Source of the DNA: Dehalococcoidia bacterium
GTDB lineage: Bacteria > Chloroflexota > Dehalococcoidia > DSTF01 > RBG-16-68-14
Reading direction: 5' to 3'
DNA: 64,000 nt
Assembly: GCA_040882355.1 (NCBI GenBank)
Contig: JBBEBM010000004.1
Coordinates: forward strand, 112,482-176,481
Each line of letters begins with the position of its first letter. Position 1 is the stretch's first letter. Below, one piece after another: positions 62,501 to 64,000 of the stretch. The translations under genes were made by a program, and so were the position numbers. The notes beneath the pieces are model-generated. The model was not told where the DNA came from and searched no databases. It saw only the letters and a program-made list of their open reading frames with translations.

Positions 62501-63226
62501 GAGCTGACCCAGGAGCGAGGCCTCGTTCACGCCGGCATCGCCGAAGTTGCGCACCTGGAGCACGGCGATCGAGACGGCCATCTCCGGCGTGAACTGGAAG
62601 CCCCCGTTGGGGCGCTGCGGGTCGGCGCCGCCGGGCGCCAGGTAGTTCGGGTCGACCTGGTCGGAGATGTTGGTCGCGTTGCCGAAGAGGTCGTTGCCCA
62701 GGCCGAGGAGCTGCAGCAGCGAGACCTCCAACGGCTTGGGCTGCGTGCCGGCGTAGATCGCCTCGATGGTGTCGTTCACGCCCTTGCAGTACTCCAGGAG
62801 GAGCGCCTGAATATCGGCCGGCAGCTTGGCGAACATGCTGTTCAGCTCGGACGAGGTGTAAGCGTCGCGCCGCACCTCCGCGTCGTCGTTGAACGTGCTG
62901 GCGTCCAGCACGCCGAACGCCTGGTAGAGCGTGCCGCGGGCCACGCGGCTAATCAGGACCATCTGGCCCAGCCGGTCGCGGGCGATCTGGCGGCCGTTCT
63001 CCCGCGCCAGCTCCAGGTCGGTGTCGGCGTAGATGTGGGGGAGCCCGTAGGCGGGCTCGCGCACAGTGACCGCGCCTGGATCGGCGGTGGCGACCGGCGG
63101 AAGGCCGTCAGCCAGGAGCGCGCCGAATATGGCGACAGCGATCAGGGCAACGAGAATGAGTGAGCGGTGCATGCCTACCTCCCTCCCTAGCAGGCAAAGG
63201 CGACGAGAGTCGCCGAACGATGCCAC
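59537..63226 (-). CDS. Giant secreted penicillin-amidase (peptidase S45, Ntn-hydrolase) family protein with C-terminal Ca-binding TSP3-like repeats
   Basis: 1229 aa. Signal peptide. YGLPHIYADTDLELARENGRQIARDRLGQM matches the S45 alpha-subunit start. GSYAWMVDG is at the position of the Ser-nucleophile beta-subunit N-terminus. The C-terminal ~330 aa carry D.D.DG.DD repeats and a duplicated IGD(V/I)GAVVG.(Y/F)G motif. Confidence 0.75.
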   Translation of the reverse strand: MASFGDSRRLCLLGREVGMHRSLILVALIAVAIFGALLADGLPPVATADPGAVTVREPAYGLPHIYADTDLELARENGRQIARDRLGQMVLISRVARGTLYQAFGVLDASTFNDDAEVRRDAYTSSELNSMFAKLPADIQALLLEYCKGVNDTIEAIYAGTQPKPLEVSLLQLLGLGNDLFGNATNISDQVDPNYLAPGGADPQRPNGGFQFTPEMAVSIAVLQVRNFGDAGVNEASLLGQLNSLLDKFPSDGDEIWDDLNFLVDPLAPVSVPDPTTPGFGGPLAQRQGSDSLREFLSQFPAYDFDEALDPIREQHAHREELAKRLGAWPKLGSYAWMVDGERSATGNPWIGGFPQTGIQTPSIMHFVENRSAEGSDHRIQGIGMEFIGAPLILIGQTDDVAFTTTTAALKNNDTYLDQLILEETDTLRYNDEGTPALMNKRLELIQGTPPGSIVVWRTHERASNKGSRTVPAFQGDKTGTTDSAASDSLTDASAFTGDYSAGYVAITGGTGAGQMRPILSSTTNTLTLDAGDAWTITPDNTSQYVAARAGSDIIAISQERGFWLEESTSALGFSYFQRAESVLDIRRGVRLMPSTHNFLAADNNAFNGIGTDIAPATGNGNTGYWSSGFFRMRQGAPATDTRLPMDGTQPNELVFLSGTVGSAGTDILTSTGSFTGEDLSPPPYNYRLDDPSQLGSEYIVTITGGDGYRQTRRIASNTDDTLTLEEDWGVTPSAGDLFEVYEIVAMPEAINPSQGYTANWNNKAATLDPGPFGRQHRVTFILERLAADLSVTRDDVRQLNKDVAGLDGKGRFGQFLIPRLRLAVDGVGNGGNPAVDTVLAALETHNGSPFFGRNYIDPVTATTMEGEVAFLNALITKLSNNIYADELSGTGIPPRTGTAGLDLVQHAIDSAAGGPSGSYGQAYAGDYFNGTDWRVVARDSLAQTISDFGGGLPADGSRPNSTYAHPLSALFAHLVFPPTPSGNRGIWEQNVEVGPTVLGEFIFPLGQSGFIDAAGFPDRNDSSLHSTWRDWRFVPMLHVGEDLATDPDGDVDNDGVLDGFERWYFGSNSPSPTSDADADGLTLFGEFLSGTDPTDPDTDDNGTQDGPQDLDLDGCSNQREAGTDQAQGGRRDPLNFWDVMDQFTGAPFTRDKIVGIGDVGAVVGRYGASGDVNGNPLTAPASVSGYHTSADRNGSIPGGDAWDLLPPNGTISIGDIGAVVGQFGHNCM

Positions 63227-63273
63227 CAGGCTAGGCGATCATAGCACAGGAACGTAGGTTCGTGAAGGGGAGC

Positions 63274-63483
63274 TTACTTCGCCCAGGCGGGCGGAAGGGG
63301 TGGGCCGGCGTGGCCGTTCGTCTCGGCGTGCGCGCCGTTGGTCGTTCTTGCCTGGCGCGTCCGTTCCAGCGTGGCCCGGAAGCGCCGGTAGCGCTCCAGC
63401 GCCCACTGCGAGGTCTCGTACTGGCTCATGCCGGTGTGCCGAAGAGAATCAGCCATCCCCTTGAGCGTCCCGTGCGCCTCCAT
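63274..63483 (-). CDS. Small hypothetical ORF (69 aa), weak
   Basis: Lies between the flotillin-like gene and the S45 gene on the same strand. No motif recognised. Confidence 0.2.
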   Translation of the reverse strand: MEAHGTLKGMADSLRHTGMSQYETSQWALERYRRFRATLERTRQARTTNGAHAETNGHAGPPLPPAWAK

Positions 63484-63547
63484 GCGGTCCCTCCCTGCTC
63501 CTCAGCGCTGTGAGTAAAGCGGAACAAGGGGGTAGCGCGCAAGGGCG

Positions 63548-64000
63548 TTAGCTGGTTGTCGCTTGCGCGCCGGGCGCCTGTCCCGGCGCGTTTCCGCCGT
63601 TCGCGGGTGGGACGATGCCGTGGTTGGCGGCGAGGAGCTGGGCGATGAAGGCGGTGAAGACGTTGCCGCCCCCATCACCAGCGCCGCCCACCATGATGTC
63701 CGGCGTGATCTTGAGGCCGGCCTCCGAGATCGACTTCGTCACCTCGATGGCGGAGAGGTTGAGCTGGCCGACGGCCGCGACCTGCTTCTGATACGCCTCA
63801 GCCGTCGCGGTGCCCATCGCGAGGATCTTCTTGCCCTCGGCCTCGCCTTCAAGCTGGACGGCGCGGGCGCGGCCCTCTGCTTCGATCACTGTCTTCTTCT
63901 TCGTCTGCTCCGCGACCTGGACGCCGATCTGCGCGGCGACGAGGTCGATCTGCTTGTCCGCCGTGGCGCGCGTGTTCTCGGTGTCGATGCGCTTGCGCTC
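63548..64000 (-). CDS. SPFH/band-7 flotillin-like protein, 3' part (gene continues beyond the window end)
   Basis: The frame is open to the window edge (...IDLVAAQIGVQVAEQTKKKTVIEAEGRARAVQLEGEAEGKKILAMG...). It has the EA-repeat coiled region typical of flotillin/YqiK C-termini, and a Gly/Ala/Pro-rich tail. Confidence 0.6.
   Translation of the reverse strand, partial: ERKRIDTENTRATADKQIDLVAAQIGVQVAEQTKKKTVIEAEGRARAVQLEGEAEGKKILAMGTATAEAYQKQVAAVGQLNLSAIEVTKSISEAGLKITPDIMVGGAGDGGGNVFTAFIAQLLAANHGIVPPANGGNAPGQAPGAQATTS

Noticed and set aside
61847-63163. 438-aa plus-strand ORF antisense to the S45 amidase gene
   Set aside because: Antisense artefact with a low-complexity Arg/Val/Ala product.

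Overview
This is a 64 kb, high-GC (~68-70%) bacterial chromosomal window that is densely coded on both strands. It has no rRNA, tRNA or CRISPR array, and no transposase or integrase. Two proteins carry sortase-type LPXTG/LPSAG C-terminal sorting signals, which points to a monoderm high-GC lineage (Chloroflexota/Thermomicrobia-like or Actinobacteria). Recognisable content, in window order:
- a molybdopterin-hydroxylase (CoxM/CoxS-type) operon with a retropepsin-like protease gene inserted in it and a second 2Fe-2S subunit gene running off the window start
- a Bcp-type peroxiredoxin and SufU pair, and a MidA-family methyltransferase
- a ModE-like regulator followed by a TupABC-type tungstate/molybdate ABC transporter
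- YjbQ, a GT39/ArnT-like glycosyltransferase, and two MBL-fold hydrolases
- PmbA(TldE) and TldD separated by GNAT, amidohydrolase, HExxH-peptidase and VapBC genes
- an ADP-glucose cluster: GlgC, a GH57 enzyme and two tandem TreT-like GT4 glycosyltransferases
- surface proteins: a Thr/Pro-rich LPSAG protein, two tandem S33 peptidase lipoproteins, a LysM lipoprotein, an M28 peptidase and a TolB-like LPTTG beta-propeller
- PccB
- HyuA/HyuB with a P-loop kinase wedged between them
- two tandem GNATs, a Gfo/Idh/MocA oxidoreductase and LarE
- a GAF/HD-GYP sensor, a NarI-like/HdrD-like Fe-S membrane oxidoreductase, an RDD protein and UspA
- a 1229-aa S45 penicillin-amidase-like secreted protein, and a flotillin-like gene running off the window end
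Accessory, lower-GC islets hold the candidates most worth a second look:
- a PIN-like nuclease with a 329-aa partner of unknown function (2061-3505)
- two tandem paralogous membrane proteins with a conserved 4-Cys C-terminal domain, flanked by regulators (6755-9191)
- a low-GC orphan gene bounded by about 2.4 tandem ~190-bp copies of the 3' end of the neighbouring gene (16111-17410)
- a DUF1906/GH25-like hydrolase whose 3' end is low-GC
Many long antisense ORFs in the six-frame track are GC-driven artefacts and were not called.
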